Positions 50,651 through 64,000 of a stretch of 64,000 nt of DNA are shown in pieces. Numbering within the stretch: the stretch's first letter is position 1; each line of letters begins with the position of its first letter. Source of the stretch: Vicugna vicugna (taxonomy: Eukaryota). Both the position numbers and the translations under genes were made by a program. The notes below the pieces were generated by a model. The model was not told the DNA's origin and did not search any database. It was given only the letters and a program-made list of their open reading frames with translations. The stretch spans positions 4,237,648 through 4,301,647 of the forward strand of contig MU058718.1 of NCBI GenBank assembly GCA_013265495.1. The letters run 5' to 3'.

Positions 50651-51896
50651 TTGGCGCTCGTGTGATTAGTTTAATAGTAGCCCAGGAATGTGGTTATTTA
50701 AAAAGCAGACAAATGTTTTCCCCAAATGCCAACCCTGGCCAAAAAAAAAACAACAAAAAAAAACACTTATGTAACTAGATTTTACCTTTCATAGTCCTGA
50801 GCAAAGAAATGGTTAAAATGAGCTGCTTCGTGTGTTCTGTAACTCTGAGCAGTTCTGTATGTTCAGTGCATCCGTTACTTAGCAAAATGTAACTGCTGAC
50901 TCTGCCATTCAAAAGAATCACATTGAAGCTGAAGTGGTAATAATTCAAAATTGACAAGCTTGGAAAGACTTGAAAAGCTAGGCTTGTTATTAGCATTTAA
51001 TGGAACCAAGTATTTAGTAGACCATAATATAAAGTATTACAAGAATAAATCTCAATAAATCAGCAGATTCCAGGAATATTTGGGCGGCTAAGAATTTTTT
51101 TAAGTATTTTATATATCAGAAGTGGTGGATTTTTCCTGGAAACAAATCTCTTAAGTTGACAGAATAGTCTAAGATTTCTTAAGATGTTTATTTTTAGAAA
51201 GTTTCAACTGGAGCAAAAATAATTTAAACCTTAAAAAATGTTAAACACTACATAGTTCTAAAGATGCAACACAGACTTGTTAGATACTGAGAAAAATAAA
51301 TATTAAATTTCGAATTCTCATATAAAGAAGTGTGACACTGATTGTTATATAAAAGTAAACAATTACAATTGCATACCAGCTAAATATGGTCCTTAAGACA
51401 GATTTTAAAGTTTCAATGTAAGTAAATTCTTTTAGTTCCTACCTATGAGACAGTGTTGGCAGAACTGGCATGCTAGACCAAGACTAGTATACTGGAGACT
51501 ATTTTACTAAAATAAGTACCAAAAATAGTGTACATGTCTTTCTTGTCTAATTCAGTGTGTTGGTGACCCCTAAAAAATGAGGGAGACCCAAGGCATTTTC
51601 AGTTGGAAGATGTCACATAAAAATTGGCATTTCCATCATCTCTCAAAAAACACCCAACAAAAAATAAAGAAAATAAGAGACAGGAATAAAAATCCCTAAA
51701 TTTTTTTTGTTTTAATTTAACTACAAAATAGGTGGAAGGGGTACCAAAAGCTGTGGAGTTTGAGCAAAGTCATGAGAGGAAGTTGAGAGGGCACCCAAGG
51801 CTACCTACCTCAGAAAGAGCTTAACAGGTCAACCAATGAGATGCACATACTGAGGTGAAAAGCAAGAGCTCCATTTGTACAACAGTGGGAATAAGG

Positions 51897-52330
51897 TGGT
51901 ATTAGGGGTTGAATTGTGTCTTCCCAAGTTAGGGGTTGAATTGCTAACCTCTGGTACCTATGAATGGGACCTTATCTGAAAGTAGAGTTTACAGACATAA
52001 TCAAGGTAAAATGAGGTATACTGGATTAGGATGGGCACTATTCAAAAGACTGGTGTCTTGAACACAGAGACACAGAATGGAGAATGCCATGTGAAGATGG
52101 AGACAGAGATTGGAGCAATGTATTTACCAGACAATAAACACCAGAGTTGCCAGCAGCCATCAGGAGCTATGATGGAGACGTGGGATGGATTCTCCCTCAG
52201 AACGTCTAGAAGGAACTAACCCTGCCAACACCTTGATTTCAAATTTCTAGTCTCCAGAACTGTGAGACAATACATTTCTGTTGTGTCAAGCCACCTGATC
52301 GGTGGTACTTGGTTACAGCAGCCCTAGCTG
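51897..52330 (+). mobile_element. MLT1B/C-like MaLR solo LTR
   Basis: GGGTTGAATTGTGTC start; GCCATGTGAAGATGGAGACAGAGATTGGAG; CCCTGCCAACACCTTGATTTC; TCCAGAACTGTGAGACAATACATTTCTGTTG. Confidence 0.85.
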
Positions 52331-53988
52331 TCAAATCCAGATGGGTAGGCTGGTAGGTGAGTTTCCCTGGACCTAGTTGAGTAGCAGAGAAGGTGAAACT
52401 AAACTAGAATCCCACAAGCAAGCCATATTCACAGAAGTCCTATGTTCGTGAGGAGAGGAAAGAGACTACATACACTGTGAACAGCACTGCACTGACTCTC
52501 TTCACTGGCTCGGGAGAGCAACAGGCTAAAATATCTCACTTGCTAAACCCTGGGTCAAAAGAAAAATCCCCAATGATGTAGAGGTGTCCATGGACCCTTC
52601 GTAACACAAATCCCCTGTAAATAAATATTTAATCTAAGAAGAATCCTCCTCAGTCAAAGATGAGGAATAAAAAGGGAACCAATAAAGATATAAGGGAAAA
52701 AATGAAAAATGAGCAGAAAACAATGTTGATGCATAGTCACCATGAAAATTCTAAACACCTATTTTGCCTTAAATTTTTAAAAAAATGTAATGGAGCAATT
52801 GTTTCCAGAAAATGTGCATGAAACAAAGAAATAACAACTCAGAGAAGGGAGGGTGAGAGAAGTGAAGGAGATGAAACATAACCTGAGAGCCCTCAGGAAA
52901 GAAGTGAACAAAAAAGACAAAAAATAAAGCCATGGTAGAGATGTATGCAAAACTGGAAGCAGGGTATGGGTAAAAAGATACAGTATGGAACATAGGAGTC
53001 AGAAATGAGAAAATGGCACAAAATGAGATGTGAACAAAGACTGAAAGGTTCAGAAAGAAATTTATAAATATCAAAGCAGGGGTAGGCAATTCAATATTTT
53101 CAAAATAAAAGGATCTGTAGAAGAGAACATGAATAATGGAAGAGAACATTTAAAGATCTATTTCAAGAAAACGTTCCTGGAATAAAAGAAGACTTGAATT
53201 TACAAATTGAAATTGCATACCATGTCCCACAAAAATTTTGACCAAGAACGGTCATAGTAAGCTTACTAGACTTTGAAATTAAAAGATTTTAAAACAAATA
53301 TTCTTTGAGCAGCCAAGGGGGTGGAGGTAGGTTGAAGGAAGGAATCAAGACATTTATATGGGAGAAAAATCAGATTAGGCATAGTTTTATCTATGATAAT
53401 ATTCAGTATTAGAGAGTGGAGCAATGTCTAGAAAATGCTAGGCAATAAGCAATTTGGAACGTGCAAACAATCAGGGAATACTGTTCCCAAGAGCTCTTTC
53501 TGAAGAAACTATCAGAGGACATATTTCAGTCAACCAAGACATAAATGTAGAAACTATAGCAAAGAACTGCCCGTGAGCACTGAATCTATATAACTGTGGG
53601 ACCAGAACAGAAACAAAAGTGGGAATTGTGGTTACAGAACCAAATGTAAATCCTATAAACTCTGTCAAAGTGGAAACAATTTGAATTAAAAAGTTGAGAG
53701 GGAAATGGGGAAAGGTAGGAGGTAGTTAAAGAATATTGATTTCTCCATTTTCTTCTAGCTGAAGGCCACAAGATCTCTTTAAACTGAGAAATCAATTAAT
53801 GAGAATATAGGCATAATTAAGTTACAAAAAAGATAATGTAATCTTATAATAATAACATAATACAGATAATAAATAATATAACTAAAATTAGATGGTAAAG
53901 GGAAGGGAGATAAAGAGGAAATACAGTACAATAATCTCATCAGTGTTCACAGTGGAGAATTAATAGATACTGGCTAAGGAAAACCCTT

Positions 53989-54300
53989 CAGAAACAGACT
54001 TGCAGACATAGTAAACAATCTTATGGTTACCGGGGAAAGGGGGTGGGAGGGGATAAATTTGGGAGTTTGAGATTTACAAATGTTATAGCCACTATATATA
54101 AAAATTGATTTTTTTAAAGTTTCTTTTGTATAGCACAGGGAACCATGTTCAATATCTTGTAATAACCTTTAACAGAAAAAATATGAAAATAATTTATGTA
54201 GGTATATGTATGACTGGGACATTGTGTTGTACACCAGAGATTGACACATTGTAATTGACTGTACTTCAGTAAAAAAAAAAAAAAAGAAAGAAAGAAAAAA
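53989..54300 (+). mobile_element. younger L1 3'-end insertion
   Basis: GAAACAGACTTGCAGACATAG...GGGATAAATTTGGGAGTTTGAG...GACTGTACTTCAGT plus long A-tail; approximate TSD GAAAAC(C/T)CT. Confidence 0.9.
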
Positions 54301-54923
54301 AAAGAAAACTCTTGGCTCAAAGTGGAAATAAAAATTGACAGTTCAGAATATCTGAAATACAGCAAAATGAAAAGACTACAAATCAGATCTTAGGGGTACA
54401 ACTAAAACAGTGGTCCCAGGGAATCTCATAGTCTTAGATAATACGTATATCTGAAAAAGGAAAGGAAAAAATGAAAACTTTAAATTCTGACAACTCAACA
54501 TGTTAGATTCATTTTTGTTTGTTTCTTTTCTAAGGAAAACAGAACAACGCAATAAAGCTGAAAGAGATTAATGAATTTAAAAAACAGAGAAAAGGTAGAA
54601 ATAAATCTCAAGAGCTGTTGCTTTAAAAACAGAAGACAGCAAGTAAAATCTTGCCTTACAAATCAAGGGGAAAAAAAGAGGGAAATCTTGAATACACAAA
54701 ATAAATGAAACATAGAGAAATACAGTCGTAGAAGAAAACACTCATGAAAGTTGACTTGGCTCAGCCTTTCAAATAAATTTGAAAACCTTGATGATACGAA
54801 TATTTATCCAAGAAAGTGTAACTTAACTATCCTTCCCAAGAAGAGACAGAAAATCTAAACAGACCAACTATAGAGAAGAAACAGAGAAAGTGGTCAAACA
54901 GCTCTCCCATTCAAAAAGCACAC

Positions 54924-55087
54924 AGTGGTTCTCAACTTGGATTACACATTACAATCACCTGGGAAGCTTCTGAAACTCTGGGAGCCTGGGCTGTGCCCCA
55001 GACCAATTAAATTTACCTCTCTGGGAGATAGCAGTAGTTCTTAAGCTCCCCAAGTGATTCCAATATTTAGCCAAGGCTGAGAACTGC
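54924..55087. mobile_element. MER5A-like hAT MITE
   Basis: CAGTGGTTCTCAAC...AATCACCTGGGAAGCTT...GCTCCCCAAGTGATTCC...GAGAACTG. Confidence 0.8.
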
Positions 55088-57069
55088 AATAACAAATTAT
55101 TAAAGACATTGAAGATGCTCTTTAAACTGCTCCCTTGCATAGAAAAATAAAGGAAATTAGTATTAATAACTTACAAAGTAAAATTTTACTTTGTAATATT
55201 ACTATTTATATTATTACTTTGTATATTGATTTAATAATTAATAATTCTTATTTATATTGACTACAATTAATAGTTTATAATCATGTTATTATTAATAGTG
55301 ATACTTTATAATAATGTCAATTAATGTAACAATGATGCCAAAATATGGCAAAGCACACAAAAAAAACACACCAAAGACCAATATTACTGATGATCATCCA
55401 CGCCAAAAAGCCTAAATTGAGTGTCAGCAAAGAGAATCCAGTGTCACATTAAAACAATAATGCACCAAGTAGGTTTCCTTCTAGGAATATAGGTTTGGTT
55501 AATATTTTAAAACTATTAATAATTCACCATGTTAATAGATATAGGGAGAAAATCTTATGTTTGATCATTTCTATAGATGCTATAAATGGATTTGATAAAG
55601 CAATATCACCTCTTGATTATAAACTCCCCCTAAAATAGGAATGGATGGATACTTCCGTAATGTGACAAAAATGATCTCTCTCCCAATCTCAAAGCTGGAA
55701 TCCTGCATAATGGGGACATACGGGCTCTTCTCCGCCCTCAGGGTCTTTACACTGGCTATGTCCTCACTGAACACGTGGCTCTCAGATCTCCCCAAGGCTG
55801 ATTCCTCCTCCATGTTTGGGTCTCAGTTCACATGGTACTTCCTCTAAAAGACCTCCTGTGACAATTCAGTGGAAGCATTTCGCTCTTCCAAAAATATCCA
55901 TTTGTTCATTTCTTTATTCACTGACTTCCCTCATTAGGTTAAACTCCAGACAAGCAGGGTTTGGCGTGTTTGGGCACCACCACGTTGCCAGCGCCTGGAT
56001 CCATGCCTGACTTGCAGTGGGCACTCCATGAGCCGGGGGGGTGGGGGAAGAGAGAAGAAATCCTTCTGGAATACTAACCAAAAGCATAGGCTAGTGGTGA
56101 CAAACACAAAAGCCTTTTTATGAAAAATAAAATACTGTGGGTTTTGTGTGTGTGTGTGTGTGTTTTACTATTTAAAATCGAACGATGCAACATCTGCAAC
56201 TCAAAGCACTTCTTTATTATGCATTAAATCTCCATCATTCAAGGGTTTCTTTTTCTGGCAAAGTCCACCTGCTTTGAAGCATATGATTTTCATCAGCTAC
56301 TCTTCCTCTTCTTGGAAGTTGCCATAACAGGAGTTTAAATCTGATTTAGAAGAGTCCGCCTTACTCCCACATCCACCGGCGGGTTTCTCTTCTCCACCCT
56401 CGGTTTCCACCCAAACCCAACCAGTGGGCAGCCCAGCCATCCCAGCTGACTGAGCTTTCTGTCTGCCCACCTCGGCCGTCATTAGGCGCTAAATCAACAC
56501 ACAACCTCAGGTGTGGGGCGAGCTAGGATGGCTCTGGCTTAATTCAGCCTTCTCTGGGATAAAGATATCCCATGAACCACACTCCTGGTCTATTAGGCTA
56601 CTGAATTCCAAACTAGTTAAGTGAAAAGAGGGCAAACTTGATGATGCAATGTGTGTTGACACCAGTATTATTGATGTACCGGGTCTTCTGCTAATGGAAC
56701 AGGAATATTTCTCAATCTTCTAAAAAAGTTGCTAAGGCTGTGTTTAGGAGATATGGAAAATCCTGAATCCTGTATAGAGCACACATTTGGCTCCATACTC
56801 GACATCCCTGGGAATATCTCACCATGAACACAAAATGTCAGAGCAAAATGTACCAAAATACACCACCATGCACCTAATTTTTAAAATGAGTTTTATCTAA
56901 GTTGAGAGCCATTCATTGATTTCCTACAAAACATCATAAAAATTTTGAGGCATGACACAAATTCCACCTGAGAAGAAATGATTGAACATTTATGTGAGCT
57001 ATTAATAGGAAAGGAGCCATCCAGCCAGAGCAAATTAAAGAAGGTCTAAGGACATTTCCCCCTCAATAT

Positions 57070-57640
57070 CTTGTGGAAAATTTTAAGCAAACAACAAAGT
57101 TGAAAGAATTTTGTGATGAAACACATATGTACCTATTGCCTTGACTCAACTATATCCATTATTTTAATTGCTTTATCACTCTATCCATCACTCTATCATT
57201 AACCCATTTTATTTTTTGATGCATTTCCAAAAAAATTAGTTATCAGCCCACTTTTCCCTGAATACTCCTTGCCTATTATTAAGTAGAATTCAATATTATT
57301 TGTAGTTTATAAGTAAAATGTACATGCAATGAATACACACTTTAATGTCTACTGAGTTTTGACAAGGCATATATTTACTGAGTTGTAACAAGTGCATACA
57401 CCTGTGTAATCCAAACCCCTATCAAAATATAGAACATTACCCCTAGAATTTCCCTCATGCCCCTCCCCACACTTCCATGCCCTTAGTAGCTATCAGTATT
57501 CTGCTTTTTCCCACCATAGATTTGTTTTACAAGTTTACATTTCCACCCAAAATATCAGAGCATTCTAGTTGCTCCACATAACATCAACATTTGGTATTAT
57601 CTGTCTTTTTAGTTCTAGCCTTTTGGTGGTTGTGTAAGCA
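57070..57640 (-). mobile_element. old L1 (L1MC/L1ME-like) 3' fragment
   Basis: GAGTTTTGACAA, TATAGAACATTACC and CTAGTTGCTCCACAT motifs. Confidence 0.6.
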
Positions 57641-59031
57641 ATTTTATTATTTAATTAAAACATTCTTTCTATTCCAAAAAATATTTTCAGCTTACTGAAA
57701 TCCATTGAAGATGAAAAAACAAACATCAGAGTGAAAAAAGAACAAGGGTCCACAGGTATGACGAATCCAGGAAGAATTAGCACAAAGAAATAAATGCATG
57801 AGGTAAGTGCTTCATAATTATTCAAGGTGGTTCACTTCATCAGACTCTGAACATATCAGTGGCCAAAACAAAGAGGAAAACATGACCAGTTACAGGATTT
57901 ATGCTGTCCTTATGGTAAAAACATACTAGCTATGCAGGACAAGGAGTTTACCCTGACACTGGGCACAAGGAATCTCTCCTGTAGGTTCTCACATAGAAGA
58001 CCCTGAGTGATTCTGTAGTACATACTTTCAACTATGTGTTCTATGATAAATATACACTGTGTATCAAATTGCCTTTTTAAATATAACACCCCTCAACGCA
58101 ATCCAAAGGCATATAAGATCTTGTGACTCCAGGACAACCCCAAGAATTGAAGCACAGCAGAAAATATGAACATCACCTCTCATACTGGAACTGAGATCAT
58201 GCAAATCACCTTTTCTAGCTTTTTTCTCTGCCTCAAAGTCCCTGTCTTACCTGAGTTGATCTCTTTAATTCAAAGAATTGATGTATATTAAATTAATTTC
58301 AAATTTTTCACATTTATTTGTTGAAACATTATACTTTTATCTTTTCCCAAAAAATTATGTGTAATATTTCCATTGCTTATATACTTTTACTGCTTCCCCA
58401 ACTAGATTATAAATTCCTCAAGGGCAATGACCATTTTTATATTGCAGTCAACAGTAAAGGTTAACTAAGATGTTACTGGTAGGGAAGAAAATATGACATA
58501 AATACAAGCATTGTGCAGCTATACATGTATAGTGTAATGCTTACATTAAAATAGAAAATAGAAATCATGTTTTTATGATGCTAGGATAATACTAAAACAC
58601 ATGTAGAATACCATAAATCTGGTATAGCAGAAACCTAAACATAAAACCATTTAGAAGTCAGCATTGTATCCAATTATCTTCTTAGTTCTTTCAGTTAGGC
58701 CTTTAATCACTTTGTTCTCAAAAATTCTAAGAGGGAAAGTCTGTGTTATTGTTTGAAAAATTCTTCCTTAAGTGCTTATGAGAAAATGTAATGCTAAATG
58801 GGCCCCCTTCAATATTAAATGTTATCACTGCTTTTCTATGGTGACAAAAGCTACTGGTGACAAGCACAGCATGCTGGCTGATCAGCCAACACTTCCAACA
58901 CCCTTCTTCCATGCCTGCCTCTACCAAAGAAGGTATAAAAGTTAAAACCTCAATTTCCTAGTTGTCTTGGCAGTTTGGCGTGGTCACATGACACAGATTG
59001 ACCAATGGGACACAGGTGGAAATGTGCTGTA

Positions 59032-59417
59032 TTTTTTTTTTATTGAAGTATAGTTGATTTACAATATTGTGTTAGTTTCAGGTGTATAAAATAATAATTC
59101 AGTAATTTTTGCAGATTATATTCCTTTATAGATTATTACAAGATAGTAGGTAATTCCCTGTGCTATGCAGTATACTATTGTTGCTTATTTATTTCATATA
59201 TAGTAGTTTATATCTGCAAGTTTGTTTTCTGTATCTGTGAGTCTATTCTGTTCTGCATATACAGTCATTTGTATTAGTTTTTAGATTCCATATGTAAGTG
59301 ATATATAGTATTTGTCTTTGTCTGTCTGAATTATTTCACTAAGCATAATATTCTCTAGGTCCATCCACATTGCTTCAAATGGCATTATTTCATTCTTTTT
59401 CATGGCTGAGTAATATT

Positions 59418-59484
<67 letters not shown>

Positions 59485-60306
59485 TCCAAATCTTCTTAAT
59501 CCAGTCATCTGTTGAGAGGATACTTGGGTTGCCTCCAGGTCTTGGCTATTTTACATAGTGCTGCTGTGAACAACAATGGGGTGCATGTATCTTTTCAAAT
59601 TGGTATTTTCATTTTTTCTGGATGTATATCTAGGAATGGAATTGCTGGACCATATGGTAGTTCCATTTTTAGTTTTTAAAAGAAACTCCATACTGTTTTC
59701 TATAATGACTGTACCAATTTACATTCCCATCAACAGTGTATGATGGTTTCCTTTTCTCCACATCATCTCCAACATTTGTTATTTGTAGACTTTTTGATGA
59801 TAGCCATTATCACAGATGTGAGGTGATATCTCGTTGTGGTTTGATTTGTGCTTCTCTAATAATTAGCGATGTTGAGCATCTTTTCATGTGCTCATTTGCC
59901 ATCTGTATGTCTTCTTTGGGAAAATGTCTGTTCAAGTCATCTGCCCTTTTTTTTTATTGGATTGTTTGGTTTTTTGAAATTGAGTTGTATGAGCTGTTTG
60001 TATATTTTGAATATTAACCCTTTGTCAGTCATATCATTTGCAAATATGCGAGCTCATTCATGAGTTGTCTTTTCATTTTGTTGATGGTTTCTTTTGCTGT
60101 GCAAAAGCTTTTATGTTTAATAAGGTCCCATTTATTTACTTTTGCTCGTAGTTCTTTTACCTTAGGAGACTGATCCAAGAAAATACTTCTATGATTTATG
60201 TCAAAGAGTGTTCTGTCTATGTTCTCTTTTAGGGATTTTATGGTTTCAGGTCTTACGTTTAGGTCTTTAAACCATCTTGAGTTTATTTTTGTATATGGTG
60301 TGAGAG
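59032..60306 (-). mobile_element. 5'-truncated L1 inserted in an MLT1 LTR, with an internal (TG)n expansion at 59420-59472
   Basis: Antisense 3' UTR and ORF2 ([29 protein letters not shown]); MLT1-like sequence on both flanks. Confidence 0.93.
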
Positions 60307-60507
60307 AATGTAGGCTGCTGTGTTTCTTATTTCACCTCCCCCACTTTCCAGCCTGGTACTTAAAAGCAACACCTGGCAGTACCACAGCCACATGTCAACC
60401 ATAGGAAAAAGGCTCATAACTAGGGATGGCAGACTGGCAAGACAAGAAAGAGCCTGGATCCATGATAACATACCTGAATCTCTATACTACTTATGTATTT
60501 CGTACTC

Positions 60508-61047
60508 TGGTGGCCAGCATCCAGGTTGGTCCCCAGTGACCCTCAACTCCTGATATTGACACCATTGAGTAGTACCCTCCCACAATGAATCAGGGCTGGC
60601 CTGTGTGATGAGTAGAATAGAGCAGAAGGGATGCTGTGTGCCTTCTGATGCTGGATCATAAAAGGCATCACAGTGTCTGCTTTCCTCTCTTGGATTTCTC
60701 ACTCTGGAGAAAGCTAGCAGTCATGCTTTGAGAATATTCAAAGATCTTTGTGGAGAGGCTATGGTGGAGAGAAACTGAGGCTTCCTCCCAACAGCCAGCA
60801 CCAATTTGCCAATCATGAAAGTGAGTCACTTTGGAAGTGTATCTTCCAGCCCCAGTCAAGCCTTCAGATGATTATAACCATGAAAGCTGACAGCAATCTC
60901 ATCAAAGACCTTAAGACAGAATCACCTAGCCAAGCTGCTCCTGAATTCTTGAACTACAGAAATCATGAGCAAGAGTAAATTTTTATTGTTGTTTAGTCCA
61001 CATAGTTTTAGGGATGATTTGTTACGCCGCATTAAATAACAAATATA
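60508..61047 (+). mobile_element. MLT1E/F-like LTR nested in an older MLT1 LTR
   Basis: CCCAGTCAAGCCTTCAGATGA, CCAAGCTGCTCCTGAATTCTTGA and TTTGTTACGCCGCATTAAATAAC. Confidence 0.8.
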
Positions 61048-61122
61048 TCAGAATTCTTGTTATGTAAGATGAGTTTAAGGCAGTGTTAATTGGGTAACTT
61101 TTTGTTTGTAACCAAACAATTC

Positions 61123-61237
61123 TTTTTTTTTTTAATTGAAGGACAGTCAGTTACAATGTGTCAGTTTCTGGTGTACAGCACAATCTCCCAGTCATGCATA
61201 TACATACATATATTCAGTTTTCATATTCTTTTTCATT
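61123..61237 (-). mobile_element. very short L1 3'-end insertion
   Basis: Poly-T plus about 100 bp of 3' UTR; TSD TGTA(A/G)CCAAACAATTCT at about 61107 and 61238. Confidence 0.85.
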
Positions 61238-63169
61238 GTAGCCAAACAATTCTAAGCGAGAAACTACTCCTACTCCTGGAAATTGGTGGGGGGACCAACT
61301 ATAAAAGTTTCCTATATGCTAACCCATTCTAAAAAATGTATTCAAAGCAATATCAAACACAGAATGAGGTTTAATTTCAGTATCACTTTAAGGAACAAAA
61401 TGGGAAAAAATGAATCACATCTCAAGAAACCTAAACTCTAGCCCCAGCTCTTTCACTGTTTGCCTGTGACATTGGGCATATCAACTGGAGATCCTTTTCT
61501 TTGAATGATGAGGAAACTGGACTACATGATTTCTGTAGCTCCCTTAAACTTCTAAATTCTGACTCTGAGTTATAAGAGTTCATTGGTGCTGTGTTTCAGG
61601 GCTCTTAATAATCTTTAAAGAGAAAATTTTGCCTATCAAGTTAGTGTAATAATATTCAATACTGAGGAAAAAAAGCAGGGTTATTGATGCTAACATACAA
61701 TTGTTTGGGATGTAAATTGGTTTAATCCTCTTAGAAAGTAATCTGGTATTATGTCAGTGGGTTTTTTTTAAAGTTATTCCAACAGAAAAAAATGACATTG
61801 AAATCTTAAAAGTGGAACATAGAGTACATTTACAAATTATGCTGAAGAGATTATAACATGGGGAAATATATTTTCATGCTGAGAATAAACTGAAAAAGAA
61901 TAGAAATATCTATGTCAGTAGTTTTCTTTGGGTGGTGAAACTAGAGGTTATTTTTCTCTCCCCCTCTCATTGTTTTTATATTTTCTAAATTTTTCATCCT
62001 TGGCTCACTTTCACAATTATAAAGCCTTCATGACAGACTAGAGAAGATAAAATTCAAAGAGGAAAATTCAAAAGAATGGAAAAAAATTAAGAAAAAAAAT
62101 TCAAGAGGGTGACTTTGGGTATGTTAAATAAGCCAGGATCTACTGTGAGCAGCTTGGTGGTTGATCAAGAACAGATGCCGGCGGTAAGATAGGCTGGTGC
62201 AAGGAGAAGCAGTTTGATGAGTCTATGACTTGGAAAATTGGATTAGGAAATAATTGAACACACATGGCACAAAACCAAGAGGAATACAGTTTATAGAGCC
62301 CAAGGAGTCAAAGCCAATAGGCAGTAAAAAATGAAACACAGAATATACGAACGTAGTGATCACCTAAATAACAGCTGGAACAGGAAGACGAGGAAACACT
62401 CAATGGAGGTGTTGCTGTAGCACACATATTTGAGTCAATCAGCAGACCCCAAAATCACACACAAAAAAATCAAGAATTTTTTTTTCTTTTTGCATATAGT
62501 GGCGTATGAGCACTAGGTTATAAATAACTGGAAATTAACATTTGGAGCATAATTGTTAGTTTTTCCTGGAGATTTTACATAATAACGTCACATCCGTGGT
62601 AGGTGAGCATAAGAAAAAACTGAACATCATGACTGGTACTCACTTTCACTCTCTGGGAGCTGAGATTAGGGGACCAACAGTGAGCGTGGGCAATAAATCC
62701 CCAGAATGTGCGCATGGTTTCAAAGCATGACCTAGGGGCTGTGTCAATTTGGTGAGGGCCTAGGAAGGATTTTTAGATTAAGACGTTTTCCCTCTGTATG
62801 TCTCCTTACCAAATTGAAATTAATTCGTAGTTCTGTATAAAAACCTATACATTGAATATCTTTAAGAGAATAGGATGATACTTATAAGAATTTTGAAACT
62901 ACAAACCAAAGCAACAGAGAAAAGTTCTGCTTTAGATATCTGGACTGGAGGTAACCTGGAGACAAAGCTAAACCCAGACAAACATATCATTAGCTTAACA
63001 CACCAGCATACTTCCTTATACGCACTGCAGCGTGTAAGTAAATGAAGGGTTCTTGCCTCATCTCACTGATTGATCCTCTGTTTGTTTTCCTCCCTTCCTC
63101 TAAGTATGACCATTCCCTTTGGATTTGTTCTTTGTACCCCATCCTAATCTTTCTCCTCGGGACAACTTA

Positions 63170-64000
63170 TCCACATTCATTGCAATGCACTGAACACACA
63201 TTGAGCCCCAATGAACCAGGCACTGTACTATACACCAGAACACATTGTCCATGAACCAAAGAAAAACACTTGAGTAACAGCAATCTGATGTGGTAAAAGC
63301 CCTACTAAAGGTTAATGAGTTACCATGGGAGCAGAAAGAAGGGCGCTTCCAACATCTGAGAAGTCTTCACAGAAGGAGATATTGCCAAAAGGTGACCAAA
63401 ATGTTCAAAGGTGGACATGGCAGTTTCAGGCTAAGGGGACAATGAGTGTAAAGACACAGCATAGCATGTTTGGAAAAGGACAAGAAGTGTGGTGTGGAAG
63501 AACTTAGGGGAGCTCAAGGAGATGTAACGATGTGAGGCTGGAAATAAAGTGAGTGCTATAGCGAGTTCTTCTAAGCTCTGGCAATATATTTCAACTTTAT
63601 TCATTATGTATTGCGAGCCATTAAAAAGGGTTAAGCAAGAAAGAGACAAGATCATATTTATATTTGAAATGACCCCTTTGGTAGCAATCTGGATGTGCCT
63701 TTGTAAAGACCCAAGAAGGTAAAAAGCATTGCAATAATCCAGGTGAGAAGTGACAGGAGCCTAAACTGAGAAAGTGGCACTGCGAGATGGAGAGGAAGGA
63801 TGAATTCAAGAGGCGGAATTGTTCAGATCTACAGGCAAAAGAATGTAGGGGGTAAGGAGAGAGATCAGTCAAAAGCAAATTCAAAGTTTTTAGCATATTC
63901 AGCTAGTTGGATGTTGATATCACTAAATGAGACAAGGACTATGAGGCAAGTATGAGACTGATGAGGCAAGGGAAAGGAAGAAGAAATATCTATTTTTGAT
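63170..64000 (-). mobile_element. L2 LINE remnant
   Basis: CATTGAGC...CCAGGCACTGTACTA (antisense L2 3' end), TGCAATAATCCAGGTGAGAAGTGA and GGCCTAAACT-like motifs. Confidence 0.7.

Larger units (their letters stand above)
52600..55670 (+). mobile_element. highly decayed old L1 body, interrupted by younger elements
   Basis: A-rich plus strand with ORF1/ORF2-like remnants (GAAAATCTAAACAGACCAA, AATAATTCACCATGTTAATAGA, TCTATAGATGC). Confidence 0.65.

Noticed and set aside
52769..53149. Hydrophobic 126-aa ORF resembling a membrane protein
   Set aside because: It is the antisense reading of A-rich decayed L1 sequence.
55150..55330. Very AT-rich stretch as a possible numt or foreign DNA
   Set aside because: Low-complexity sequence embedded in an old L1, with no recognisable mitochondrial gene.
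56297..56482. 61-aa ORF with an acidic tail as a processed pseudogene
   Set aside because: No recognisable parent protein, and no clear polyA tail or TSD.
1..64000. CRISPR array, operon, or horizontally acquired or non-retroviral viral insert
   Set aside because: No regularly spaced repeat-spacer array, no long ORFs, and no segment departing from mammalian composition that I could see.

Overview
This is mammalian nuclear DNA, very probably from a camelid (camel, alpaca or llama). The evidence is three tRNA-Ala(AGC)-derived Vic-1-type SINEs and cetartiodactyl-type L1 3' UTRs. I recognise no protein-coding gene, so the window looks intergenic or deep-intronic. It is dominated by L1 fragments, MaLR/ERVL LTRs, MIR, L2, hAT MITEs and microsatellites, plus one U6 snRNA retrocopy. 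The notable signals are retrotransposition and repair scars: a ~330-bp mini-L1 (5' UTR fused to 3' UTR inside one TSD), an L1 flanked by a ~155-bp target duplication nested inside a second 125-bp direct repeat, an apparent gene-conversion tract between two inverted L1s, a U6 inserted in an L1 tail, a likely retroposed LTR R-region, a perfect 450-bp tandem duplication and a 47-bp templated insertion. A few motif clusters and weak candidate exons are also noted. Repeat subfamily names are recalled by eye, and boundaries of old repeats are approximate.
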